DNA of 64,000 nt from Sedimentisphaerales bacterium (GCA_035476995.1 DATIKY010000344.1:4550-68549), one strand, 5' to 3'. Positions 51,982 through 61,547 are shown, numbered from the stretch's first letter. Notes: a model not told the origin generated them from the sequence alone. Program-made: numbers and translations.

Positions 51982-52532
51982 TCCAGATCAACCCACGGGA
52001 ACGAAACCTGGCGATCGGCGTGGTCGCCCTGCTGGTCGTGTTCGCGGCCTGGACGGCGGTCTTCCGACCCGCCCGGGAACGCATCCGGACCCTCGAACGC
52101 ATCCTCCCCGAGAAACGAGATCAGGTGCGACAGCTTCAGGCCCAAAGCGTCGAATACCAGACTCTGGCGAACCAGTTCAAAGGCCTGCGGGCGCGAATCG
52201 CCTCCCAGGACCCTGGATTCCAGCTGCCTCGATTCCTCGAAACGATGATCAGCCGGCACAAGCTGGACGCCCACGTCACGAAGATGCAGCCCGGCGTCGT
52301 ACAGGTCCGCCCGGACTACTCCGAGACGGTGGTCACGATCGAGCTCCAGGACATCGCCCCGCGACAGCTCGTCGCATTCCTTACCGAGGTCGACACCGCC
52401 GAGGCGGTCGTCCGCGTCGGCAGCCTCTACTTCCGCACCGACGCCACGAACGAGGCCCTGCTCGACGCCACCGTGGAAATCTGCAGCCCCCGGCTGACCG
52501 CCGACACGACGCAGGTCGCCCAGGGTTCCTGA
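51978..52532 (+). CDS. gspM: type II secretion protein GspM
   Basis: ATG 51978 overlaps the gspL stop (ATGA). The protein is 184 aa with one N-terminal TM helix (LAIGVVALLVVFAAWTAVF). Size and position are those of GspM. Confidence 0.65.
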   Translation: MIQINPRERNLAIGVVALLVVFAAWTAVFRPARERIRTLERILPEKRDQVRQLQAQSVEYQTLANQFKGLRARIASQDPGFQLPRFLETMISRHKLDAHVTKMQPGVVQVRPDYSETVVTIELQDIAPRQLVAFLTEVDTAEAVVRVGSLYFRTDATNEALLDATVEICSPRLTADTTQVAQGS

Positions 52533-52609
52533 GCCGTCAGACGTTGAGGCCCCCCCTCCATCCAAGACGCAGGCAGAAGCCCGAGCCCGGACGAGCCGGT
52601 TCGTCTCTG

Positions 52610-53854
52610 CTATCGCGTCGCATGTTCAGACAACCTCACGTTTCCCCTCGCTTTCCGCTTTCGCAGGTCCAGGCAGAGGACGTCGCCCGCCGCATTACGG
52701 AGGTAGAGGCAGCCGTCGGCGAGGGATGGCGCCGACCAGCAGCGTCCGGTGAGAGTCTTGGCCTCGGCGAGGGATCGGTACGCCTCGGGTGTCGCTTCGA
52801 CGATCCGCAGTGTGCCGTTCTCCTGGAGAACGATCAACTTGCCTTCAGCCAGGATCAGTGAGCCCAGGCCCAGTCGGGGGCTTGTCCAGCGGACTTCGCC
52901 GGTTTGCCAGTCGAGGCATTGGAGTTCCTTGTCGTCGAAGCCGTAGAGCGAACCCTGCCAGAGCACGCAGTTGCTCAGATAGGTCTTCATGTTCTTGTTG
53001 CGCCACAGTGGGGTGGGCGGGTTCGTCGAGAGGTCGAAGAGGCCGCAGCCCACGCCGTGGCCGGAGGAGACGAAGAGCCTGTTGTCCGCGATGACCACGT
53101 CGGAGGCGTTCTGGTCCCAGGTGGTCTTCCAGGGGATCTTCCAGCGGACTTGCCCATCCGCGATGCCAGCGGCGACGACTTCGTGTCCGCTGACGAACGC
53201 AAAACAAGCCTGCCCATCGACTTCGAACCGCACGGGCGATGAGTAGCCCGAATACCCTGGCCCGTTGTCCCAGAGTGTCTTGCCGGTGAGCTTGTCGACC
53301 GCCAGGCCGGCCGTACCGACGGGCAGGATGAGCTTGTCGCCTGCAATCTGGATCGAGCCGGCAAAGCCCCACCAGACTTGGTAATCGGCCTCCGTCCGAA
53401 CCGGCGGCTCAAACTTGGCCGACCAGATCACTGCCCCGGTCTCGGCGTTCAGGCAGAAGAAGTGGCCGAGTTTGCTGATCGTGTAGACGCGACCGTCCTC
53501 GACCGCGGGCGTGGCCATAGGGCCGCCTTCATAGGCTTTGGGATCGAGTCCGCAGGGATAGGAGTGTTTCCACAACTCTTTGCCTGTCTCGGCGTCCAGG
53601 CAGTAGACGGTGTCGATATTGTCGCGGTTGCCCAGCGTGTAGGCCCGTTTGCCTGCGACCGCGATGCATGAGAAACCCGTCCCAACGGAGGCCTTCCAGA
53701 GCACCTCTGGCCCGTCGGCAGGCCACTGCCAGCTCAGGCCTATTTCAGGCGAAATCCCGTTTCGGGCTGGTCCTCGCCAACCGGGCCAGTCAGCAGACAA
53801 GGCTGGAACAGCGGTTGCGAAGGCGATGATTGCTGCCAGGCGACGATTTCGCAT
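52610..53854 (-). CDS. secreted PQQ-like (BamB-type) beta-propeller repeat protein
   Basis: Signal peptide MRNRRLAAIIAFATAVPALSA, followed by DWPGWRGPARNG. Repeated units read G.V.W (e.g. ETGKELWKH, ETGAVIWSA, LTGKTLWDN, ADGQVRWKI, QTGEVRWTS). Confidence 0.8.
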   Translation of the reverse strand: MRNRRLAAIIAFATAVPALSADWPGWRGPARNGISPEIGLSWQWPADGPEVLWKASVGTGFSCIAVAGKRAYTLGNRDNIDTVYCLDAETGKELWKHSYPCGLDPKAYEGGPMATPAVEDGRVYTISKLGHFFCLNAETGAVIWSAKFEPPVRTEADYQVWWGFAGSIQIAGDKLILPVGTAGLAVDKLTGKTLWDNGPGYSGYSSPVRFEVDGQACFAFVSGHEVVAAGIADGQVRWKIPWKTTWDQNASDVVIADNRLFVSSGHGVGCGLFDLSTNPPTPLWRNKNMKTYLSNCVLWQGSLYGFDDKELQCLDWQTGEVRWTSPRLGLGSLILAEGKLIVLQENGTLRIVEATPEAYRSLAEAKTLTGRCWSAPSLADGCLYLRNAAGDVLCLDLRKRKARGNVRLSEHATR

Positions 53855-53946
53855 TCATGTTCTCCAAAGGAATCGGTATCGATCGCAGGCCGCGATCGTG
53901 GATGGATGATGTCCGCTCGCTGACGAGATGTCAAGGACGATGGGTT

Positions 53947-53963
53947 TGCGTCGCTGCGACGCA
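53947..53963. promoter_or_regulatory. perfect 17-bp palindrome in a divergent intergenic region (operator candidate)
   Basis: TGCGTCGC-T-GCGACGCA, read directly. It lies between the PQQ-propeller gene start (53854) and the moxR start (54141). Confidence 0.3.
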
Positions 53964-54140
53964 TGTCTCAAGTTCTTGTTTTGAAAGGACTTAAGATGGT
54001 TCCTGTCGGTTTCGATTTGCGTGGGGTCAACTCCCGTGGGGCGATCCGCTCGAAAGTCGGGGAATCCTGAAACGGCGGCTGGGTCGTCGCGTCTTAATCG
54101 TGAAAGCTGACGGTCCAATGATGCAAAGGCGGTTCGGGAT

Positions 54141-55205
54141 ATGGCGACAATCGAGAAAACGCAGAACGATGGTGTGGAACTGACGGTGGGGCCCAAGGCG
54201 GAGGGGGCCCCGGCCGTCGATCATGGTCAACTGATTGCCAAGCTGCATGAGGGGTGTATCCGGCTCAAGCGACAGGTGCACCAGGTGATCGTGGGACAGG
54301 ACGAGGTGATCGATTCGGTGGTCTGTTGCATGCTGGCTGGCGGGCATTGCATCGTCCAGGGCGTGCCGGGCCTGGCCAAGACGCTCATGCTCCGCTCGAT
54401 TGCCGACGCGATGAAGATGCGGTTCAACCGGATCCAGTTCACGCCGGACCTGATGCCCTCGGACATCACCGGCGCCGACATCATCCAGCGGGACGCCCAG
54501 TCCAGGCAGCGAAAGTTCGAGTTCGTCAAAGGACCGATCTTTGCCAACATCGTGCTGGCCGACGAAATCAACCGCACGCCGCCTAAGACGCAGGCGGCGC
54601 TGCTCCAGGCGATGCAGGAGCGGGAGGTCACGATCTCCGGCCGCACACATAAACTGGCGGAGCCCTTTTTTGTGCTGGCGACGCAGAACCCGATCGAGCA
54701 GGAGGGGACGTATCCGCTGCCGGAAGCCGCGCTCGATCGCTTCATGTTCATGGTCTACATCGACTATCCGACCGCCAAGGAAGAGCATTTGATGGTCAAG
54801 CAGACCACCACCGGTAAGAAGCACTCGATTGCCCCTGTGCTGGACACGGAGGATATGGTGCTGTTCCAGGAAATCGTGCGGATGGCCCCGGTCAGCGACA
54901 CGGTGATCGGCTACTGCATCCGCCTGGTTCGCGCGACCCGGCCGACGGACCCGCTGGCGACGGCCATGGTGAAGAAGTACCTCAAGTGGGGAGCGGGTCC
55001 CCGGTCAGGACAGTTCATGACGCTGGGGGCCAAGGCCCTGGCTTTGACCAAGGGGCGGATCACGCCGAGCTTCGACGACGTCAAGGCGATCTGCAGGCTG
55101 GTCCTGCGTCATCGCGTGATTCCGAACTTCAACGCCGAGGCCGACGGGATCAGCACCGAGGCGATCCTGGGCGACCTGGTGGAGAAGGTGGCGACGCCGA
55201 AATGA
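54141..55205 (+). CDS. moxR: MoxR-family AAA+ ATPase
   Basis: VIVGQDEVIDSVVCCMLAGGHCIVQGVPGLAKT (Walker A), IFANIVLADEINRTPPKTQAALLQAMQE (Walker B and sensor), and the ATQNP motif. Confidence 0.9.
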   Translation: MATIEKTQNDGVELTVGPKAEGAPAVDHGQLIAKLHEGCIRLKRQVHQVIVGQDEVIDSVVCCMLAGGHCIVQGVPGLAKTLMLRSIADAMKMRFNRIQFTPDLMPSDITGADIIQRDAQSRQRKFEFVKGPIFANIVLADEINRTPPKTQAALLQAMQEREVTISGRTHKLAEPFFVLATQNPIEQEGTYPLPEAALDRFMFMVYIDYPTAKEEHLMVKQTTTGKKHSIAPVLDTEDMVLFQEIVRMAPVSDTVIGYCIRLVRATRPTDPLATAMVKKYLKWGAGPRSGQFMTLGAKALALTKGRITPSFDDVKAICRLVLRHRVIPNFNAEADGISTEAILGDLVEKVATPK

Positions 55206-55239
55206 AGGGCGGCATAGTACGTATAGGACGGATGGGATC

Positions 55240-56136
55240 ATGACAACGTCAAGTCGGGAGTATCTCGATCCGCTGTTCTTGAACAAGCTGGCGAACCTGG
55301 AACTGGTGGCTCGGTACGCGGTGGAGGGGTTCTTCTCCGGCCTGCACCCCAGCCCGTTCCAGGGCTTCAGCGTCGAGTACAGCGACCACCGCGAATACCA
55401 TCCCGGCGATGAGGTGAAGTTCGTCGACTGGAAGGTGTACGCCCGCACGGACCGGCTCTGCATCAAGCGGTTCCATCAGGAGACGAACACGACGGTGTAC
55501 GTTCTGCTCGACGTCAGCAAGAGCATGTCGTTCGGGGGCGGCTCGATCCGCAAGATCGACTACGCCTGCTGCCTGTCGGCTGCGCTGACGTACCTGATGC
55601 TCAAGCAGGGCGACAGCACGGGGCTGATGCTCTTCGCGGAGAAGGTGATCTCGCAAGTTCCTCCGGCCTCCCGGCGGACGCACATTCACGCGATTCTGCA
55701 GGCCCTGGACCGCCAGACGACCGCAGGGCAGACGAATCTGGCTTCGGTCCTGCATACGGTCGCTGAGACGACCAAACGCCGGGGTCTGGTCGTCCTGATC
55801 TCCGACCTGCTCGACGACGAAGACGACATCTTCCGCGGCCTGGCCCACCTGAAGTTCCTCAAGCACGACGTGATCGTCTTTCATGTGATGGATCCCCGGG
55901 AGTTGGACCTCAAGTATGAGGGCCTGATCCAGTTCGAGGACCTGGAGACCGGCGACAAGTTCCGCACGTTCCCCCAGTCGATCCGCGATGGCTACCAGCA
56001 GCGGGTTACCGACTTTCTCGACAACGTCAAGAAGACCCTGGGCAAGAGCGGCATCGACTACTGTCTGCTGGAGACCTCGCTACCCCTGGACCGGGCCTTC
56101 CTCGCCTATCTGCTCAGGCGAAGGAGGCTGATGTGA
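55240..56136 (+). CDS. DUF58-domain protein (vWA-like, MoxR partner)
   Basis: GLHPSPFQGFSVEYSDHREYHPGDEVKFVDWKVYARTDRLCIKRF and VYVLLDVSKSMSFG are the classic DUF58 core. Confidence 0.85.
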   Translation: MTTSSREYLDPLFLNKLANLELVARYAVEGFFSGLHPSPFQGFSVEYSDHREYHPGDEVKFVDWKVYARTDRLCIKRFHQETNTTVYVLLDVSKSMSFGGGSIRKIDYACCLSAALTYLMLKQGDSTGLMLFAEKVISQVPPASRRTHIHAILQALDRQTTAGQTNLASVLHTVAETTKRRGLVVLISDLLDDEDDIFRGLAHLKFLKHDVIVFHVMDPRELDLKYEGLIQFEDLETGDKFRTFPQSIRDGYQQRVTDFLDNVKKTLGKSGIDYCLLETSLPLDRAFLAYLLRRRRLM

Positions 56137-58190
56137 GCTTTCTGGCGTGGACCTTCCTGTTCGGATCGGCGGCGGTGATCGGGCCGATCGCGGCTCACCT
56201 GCTGGCCAAGCCTCGCTTTCGCCGGGTGCCGTTCACGATGCTGCAATTCCTTCGTGCCGGCCGACAGGAGAGCCACTCCCGCCGAAAGCTCCGCGACATT
56301 CTCGTGCTGCTCCTGCGATGCGCGATCATCGTGCTGATCGCGGTGCTGTTCGCCCGGCCGGTGTTGGAGGTTCAGTCGCCGCCGCAGTCGCATAAACCGG
56401 TACTCTATCTGGCCCTGGACGACTCGGCGTCCATGGCCTATCGCGATCGCGGGGAGAGCCTGTTCTCGAAGATGATCGAGAAGGCGATCGACCATGTGCG
56501 TCAAGCCCCGTCTGATGCCGTGTTCGGCGTGTGCGGACTCGCATCGGGCAGAACCGCCGAGGGATTGACTCGCAGTCAGGCCCTCGCGGAGATCGGGCGA
56601 TTGGCCGTCGTGTCCAGGAGCGCACGGCCTGCGGATTTCGTGAAAGCCCTGGAGTCGCAGGGCTCCGCTGGATTTCGCGCCGGCGTGCTCTCGGCGGTCG
56701 TGCTCAGCGATTTCAGTCCGGACGTCTTGCGGCAGTTCGAGCGGATTCGCAAGCCCGCGGCCGTCGACGCGTTGTCGCACGAGATCGTCGCTCCCAGGGA
56801 CCCCGTGAGCAACGTGGCGATTGCCGACGCAAATCCCATCGAGACCGCAGACAACAAGCTCGACATCGATGTGGTCGTCGCCAACGGTGGGGACAAGCAG
56901 GAGCATCGCAAGCTAATCGCCAAATTCGATGATCTGAGGCCCGTTTCCACGGACGTGACGCTGTCGGCAGGCGAGCGGAAAGCGGTTCGCATCCGGATCG
57001 ATCTGGGACCGCGAGGGCAGGGTACCGGGCGGTCCTGCCTTCCGCTGGGACTGAGTCTCGAGCCCCGGGACGGTCTGGAGGCGGATGACGTATATCGTCT
57101 TGGCGTGTGCATGGTCCAGACTGCGGCCACGAAGGTCCTCGTGATCAGCCGAGGGGATGAAGCATTTCTGTTTGAGACCGCTGTCGAGGCCCTCATGGAG
57201 AAAGGCACCGCCGGCGGCATGAACCTGCGGAAGACCCGCGAGAGCGACCTTCGCAGCGACGACCTGGAATGGGCCGACGTCGTTGTGTTCTCCAGTCTGC
57301 CGACGAACGCCTCCTATCCGATCAGCCTGCTTCGAGGTTGCCTGGCCCGCGGCGGGCGGCTCGTCTTCTTTGCGACTGATCTCGGCAGCCCCCAGATCGC
57401 GGACATGCTGCTTCGCGAGGGACTGATTCCCGCTGTGCCCCAGAGGTGGAGCCAGGGACTCGCGTGGCCCCAGCCGCAGCCCGTCGCCGGCGAGGAGGCC
57501 CTGTCCAGCGAGGCGACGATCCAAACCCTCGCGAGCTATCGGTTCGACAAGATCGCCCTGAAGGGGCATTGGCTGTGTCGGACGTCGAGCCAGGCACAAT
57601 GCGTGTGGCGACTGGCCAATGACGCTGCCTTCATCTACACCCAGGCTCAGAACACGGGCATCTCGATCCTGGTGAACACGAGCATCGACGATTCGCGCGG
57701 GCTGCTCGCCAAATCCGGAGCCTGGGTGGCGTTCTGCCGATTCCTGGTCGGCGAGGGCGAGCGGGTCCGGCGGCTCTGTCTCCGTGCGGAAGATCGTCCG
57801 ACGCTCGAACTGCCCGCCTCGATGCGGGCCGTCGGGCGGACCCTCGTCCATGTGGAGAACTGCGATGGCGGCAAGGCCCGCGCCGCGATAGAAGGCGCCA
57901 GACTGGTCCTGCCCGCTCCGCAGGGGATCGGCTGGATGCGGACGCAAGGTGAGCCGATGCTGCACGTCGGCGTCAATCTACCCCAGGGCGAGACGAATCT
58001 TCTCCGACCGACCGAGGACGCGGTCGCCGCCGCGATGAAGCGGGCGTTTCTGGTCGAGCCCGGTCGGGAGCGGTCGCTTGCACAAGGGATTCCGCCCGTG
58101 CAGAGCAAGCTCCTCTGGCGTGCGTTCGCCTGGGCGATCGTGCCGCTGTTGCTGCTGGAGCCCGTGGTCACAAACAGGCTGAAGAGATGA
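56133..58190 (+). CDS. BatA-type N-terminal double-transmembrane-domain protein (large periplasmic/extracytoplasmic body)
   Basis: GTG 56133 overlaps the DUF58 stop (GTGA), with GAAGGAGG 5 nt upstream. MSFLAWTFLFGSAAVIGPIAAHLLAKPRFRRVPFTMLQFL ... ILVLLLRCAIIVLIAVLFARP is the aerotolerance-operon BatA N-terminal signature. There is also a C-terminal TM helix. Confidence 0.75.
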   Translation: MSFLAWTFLFGSAAVIGPIAAHLLAKPRFRRVPFTMLQFLRAGRQESHSRRKLRDILVLLLRCAIIVLIAVLFARPVLEVQSPPQSHKPVLYLALDDSASMAYRDRGESLFSKMIEKAIDHVRQAPSDAVFGVCGLASGRTAEGLTRSQALAEIGRLAVVSRSARPADFVKALESQGSAGFRAGVLSAVVLSDFSPDVLRQFERIRKPAAVDALSHEIVAPRDPVSNVAIADANPIETADNKLDIDVVVANGGDKQEHRKLIAKFDDLRPVSTDVTLSAGERKAVRIRIDLGPRGQGTGRSCLPLGLSLEPRDGLEADDVYRLGVCMVQTAATKVLVISRGDEAFLFETAVEALMEKGTAGGMNLRKTRESDLRSDDLEWADVVVFSSLPTNASYPISLLRGCLARGGRLVFFATDLGSPQIADMLLREGLIPAVPQRWSQGLAWPQPQPVAGEEALSSEATIQTLASYRFDKIALKGHWLCRTSSQAQCVWRLANDAAFIYTQAQNTGISILVNTSIDDSRGLLAKSGAWVAFCRFLVGEGERVRRLCLRAEDRPTLELPASMRAVGRTLVHVENCDGGKARAAIEGARLVLPAPQGIGWMRTQGEPMLHVGVNLPQGETNLLRPTEDAVAAAMKRAFLVEPGRERSLAQGIPPVQSKLLWRAFAWAIVPLLLLEPVVTNRLKR

Positions 58191-58193
58191 AGT

Positions 58194-61100
58194 ATGTCCG
58201 CTGCGGTTGACGACATTCTGAATGATCTGATCGCCCGGGTGGGACGCGTGCGGCGGTGGCTGCTGGCCCTCAGCGCTCTGCGGATTGGCGCCCTGGGGCT
58301 GGCCTGCATTTCGCTGTACATCGGCGGATACGCCTGGCTCGACCATCGCATCCACTTCGGTTCGATTGGCAGGTTGTCGTCGCTGGTTCTGTTTCTGGCC
58401 CTGCTGGCTGTCGGCCTGCATTTCATCGTCCGCGTTCTCCGTCGCGACATGACCTACGCCAACGCCGCCAACTACATCGAGGGCAAACGCAGCTTCGACC
58501 AGCAGCTTGTGGCGGCGGTGGAATACTACGAAGGACGCGTCGATTACCCCTACTCCAAGTCGCTCGCGGCCCAACTGGTCCGACAGGTTGACTCTGCGAC
58601 GCAGGGATACCGCTTCGATTCCACGATCGAGAAGTGGCAAGGGTATCTGCTCGCCGGCTTCGTTCTGCTCTGTGCGTGCGTCGTCGGGTTCTTCGTCCAT
58701 CAGAACGTGCTGTTCTTCTCTTCGTACCTCGCCCGGTTGCTCCGGCCGTTTTCCGCTGTCCAGCCGGCGGCTGACACAGTCCTGGAATCCGCCACGGGCG
58801 ACATCGTCGCAGGCGTGGACGACCCGGTGACGTTCGAACTGGCGGTCGAGGGCCGTGTCCCGGAATCTGCTTCGCTCGTGCTGACGCGGTGTGACCCGAA
58901 CGATGCGAATGCCCCTCGCGAGTCCCTCACGGAGAGGATCGAACTTGCACGGAGCACCGACTCCGATGGCAGGACGAAGTTCACCGCGACGGAATCCTTC
59001 GACGCTCCGGGCCGGTTCGAGTACCGGTTCGAGACGCCCCAGGCTCGGTCGGATTCGCACGAACTTCGCGTGTGCGAGTCGCCCTCGATCGATCGCATCA
59101 CGGCCAAGGTGTTTCCGCCCGGCGCGCCGCCGGAGGGCGGCGACTCCGATCCGAACGGAACGCCCGCGACCCCGATGCAGCCGTATGAAGTGGAGCTGGC
59201 CGACAAGCCGCTGGAAGTGCTGCCTCACAGCCGGGTCGAGCTGACGGCCCAGGCGTCGACCCCGCTTCGCGAGGCGACGATGACCGGGCCCGACGGCACA
59301 CCGGTGACGCAGCCGCTCAATGGTGAGAACCGTTTCGGTTTCGAATTCACCGCCGACAAACCGTCCTCGATTCAGCTCAACGCCGTTAGCGTCGACGGCT
59401 TGACCAGCGGTCAAACCAAGGAATTGCGGGTCGTGCTCAAGTCGGACGCGCGGCCCGAGTTCAAGCTGGTCTCGCCCGACGGCGACTGCCTGGCCACCGA
59501 CGTCGCCAGCATCCCGATCGCGTTCGAGGTGACGGACGATTTCGGGCTTGAGCGAGCGGAGTTGCTTTGCGAACTGCCAGGCCGGGAGGCCGTCGTGCTG
59601 AAGTCGGTCTCGCCTCAGGGGGGCAGGCAGGTCTCGCTCGCCCACGTGTTCGAACTGGAGGAGCACGAGCTGCGTGTCGGCGACGCGATTCTCTTCTATG
59701 CCAGAGCCAGGGACATCGACACCGGCCATCGGCCCACCGACGCGAACGTATGCAGCGAGGTCTATCTGATTGAGATCCGGCCGTATCGGCAGTACTGGCA
59801 CCGGGAGTCGGGCGGCAACCAGTCGAATGCGGCTCCCGGACTTATCCCGGAAGACCTCATCGCGGTTCTGGAATACACGCGGGCGGTGGTGAAGAAGACC
59901 TGGACGCTGGCCCGATCGCCGCAGTCGGCGGTGGAGGACCGTCCCAGGCTCCAGGCCTTGGCGGAGGACGTTCAGTACTGCGCCTCCCGGCTGACCACGA
60001 TCCGCGACGACCCGGAGAACGGTTTCGCCGAGGGCGACAAAGCCGTGATGAATCGCGTGCTCGAATCCTATCGGCAGGCGGAGACCCACCTTAAGAACGC
60101 CGATCCGAACGCCGCGTTGCCTCCGAGCCAGGACGCCTATCGTGTCCTCCGCATGTTCATCGACGAGCTGCATCTGAAATGGACGCCGCCGGAGAGCGGG
60201 ACCAGTGCGCCGCAGGAGACTCCCGAGAAGGTCAAGATCCAGGAGCAGCCGCAGGACCCCAAGATGGACAAGGACCGCATCGAAAACCAACTCCAGGAGA
60301 TGCAGCAGAAGGTCGATTCGCTCTCGAAACAGCAGCAATCACTCAAGGCGGACCTCGCCAAGGCGATGCGGCGGGAAGAGGATTCAAGGACTGAAGCCCA
60401 ATCCGCGGACCATTCCGGCGGCGGAAACGGGAACCCGTCTCAAGATCAGGCGGATGACAAACAGGCCGGCTCGTCCGGCGAGGGAGATTCCGGGAAACCG
60501 ACCGGCGAGTCCGGCTCGTCCCAAGGATCGCAGGGACAGAATGACGGTGAGCAACCGGCTTCTTCGCCGCAGGGCCAGTCGGGGACACAAGGGAGCCAGG
60601 GGCAGCAGCAGGATGGCGGGCAGGCGTCGTCGCAAGCAAATGGCTCCGGCGAATCGGGCGGCCAAAGTCAGTCTCAAGGCCAACAATCCGGCGGCCGGCA
60701 GAGTGGACAATCGGGTCAGGGACAGAGTGGGCAGCAAGGCCAACAATCCAGCCCCGGACAAAGCGGAAATCCCGGAAACAGTCCCGGCAGGGAAGGAACC
60801 GGGCAAGCTGGCAACATACCAGGGCAAGGTTCCGCCCAGGCCGATGCGCAGATGCGTATGCTCCAGGCCCGCCAGAAGGCCTTGCGAGAGCAAGCTTCGC
60901 AAATCAGCAAGGATATGGACGGGCTGACCGCTTCCGACGATTCTTCGCAGGGGCAACCCGGTCGGGAGGCCAAAGGGCATCTCGATCAGGCGGTCGAGGC
61001 GATGCAGCGGCTTGAAGAACATCTTGAAGACGCCCGGTACGGGTCCGGCGACGGGCCTTCATCCGAGGGCATGGCCGATCTGGCGGAATCCGCGGCCCGC

Positions 61101-61547
61101 CGGTTGGCTGAGGCGGGGCAGACGATCCGCCGCGGGCTTCTGGGCGAGGGAGAGAGTTCGCTGGAAGCGGCCCGCGAAATCGCCGAACAGCTCGCGCGGG
61201 ATGCACAAGCGTACGACGAGTCGCTCAGCGAGGCCCAGAAGCAGAAGATGCAGGATCGACTCAAGGCCGCCGAGCGGCTGCTGGAGAGCATGGCCGGGGC
61301 GCAATGGACCACGATGTCCAGCGGAGGCGGTCCCGGCATGGGTCATGTCTACACGAAAGATCCGCATACCTCGCCCGCGGAGGCCGCTCGCCTGCTCGCT
61401 CGGCAGTTCTGGTCGATGAGCCTGAAGGGACAAAACCGTCGAAGTCGGCTCATGGAGCAGGAATCGTCGGATGTGGAGTTCTTCGAAGCGGAGACCGAAT
61501 TCTTCGAGAAGGCGGCGAAATTCGGATCGCAGAGCGTGCAGCAATGA
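58194..61547 (+). CDS. large membrane-anchored protein of the MoxR/Bat-type operon (DUF4175-like, assigned from memory), with an S/G/Q-rich disordered segment
   Basis: N-terminal TM helices (LLALSALRIGALGLACISLYIGGYAWL, LSSLVLFLALLAVGLHFIV, LLAGFVLLCACVVGFFV), a beta-rich middle and a coiled-coil-like C-terminal third. A low-complexity stretch GQSQSQGQQSGGRQSGQSGQGQSGQQGQQSSPGQSG interrupts that C-terminal third. Confidence 0.6.
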   Translation: MSAAVDDILNDLIARVGRVRRWLLALSALRIGALGLACISLYIGGYAWLDHRIHFGSIGRLSSLVLFLALLAVGLHFIVRVLRRDMTYANAANYIEGKRSFDQQLVAAVEYYEGRVDYPYSKSLAAQLVRQVDSATQGYRFDSTIEKWQGYLLAGFVLLCACVVGFFVHQNVLFFSSYLARLLRPFSAVQPAADTVLESATGDIVAGVDDPVTFELAVEGRVPESASLVLTRCDPNDANAPRESLTERIELARSTDSDGRTKFTATESFDAPGRFEYRFETPQARSDSHELRVCESPSIDRITAKVFPPGAPPEGGDSDPNGTPATPMQPYEVELADKPLEVLPHSRVELTAQASTPLREATMTGPDGTPVTQPLNGENRFGFEFTADKPSSIQLNAVSVDGLTSGQTKELRVVLKSDARPEFKLVSPDGDCLATDVASIPIAFEVTDDFGLERAELLCELPGREAVVLKSVSPQGGRQVSLAHVFELEEHELRVGDAILFYARARDIDTGHRPTDANVCSEVYLIEIRPYRQYWHRESGGNQSNAAPGLIPEDLIAVLEYTRAVVKKTWTLARSPQSAVEDRPRLQALAEDVQYCASRLTTIRDDPENGFAEGDKAVMNRVLESYRQAETHLKNADPNAALPPSQDAYRVLRMFIDELHLKWTPPESGTSAPQETPEKVKIQEQPQDPKMDKDRIENQLQEMQQKVDSLSKQQQSLKADLAKAMRREEDSRTEAQSADHSGGGNGNPSQDQADDKQAGSSGEGDSGKPTGESGSSQGSQGQNDGEQPASSPQGQSGTQGSQGQQQDGGQASSQANGSGESGGQSQSQGQQSGGRQSGQSGQGQSGQQGQQSSPGQSGNPGNSPGREGTGQAGNIPGQGSAQADAQMRMLQARQKALREQASQISKDMDGLTASDDSSQGQPGREAKGHLDQAVEAMQRLEEHLEDARYGSGDGPSSEGMADLAESAARRLAEAGQTIRRGLLGEGESSLEAAREIAEQLARDAQAYDESLSEAQKQKMQDRLKAAERLLESMAGAQWTTMSSGGGPGMGHVYTKDPHTSPAEAARLLARQFWSMSLKGQNRRSRLMEQESSDVEFFEAETEFFEKAAKFGSQSVQQ

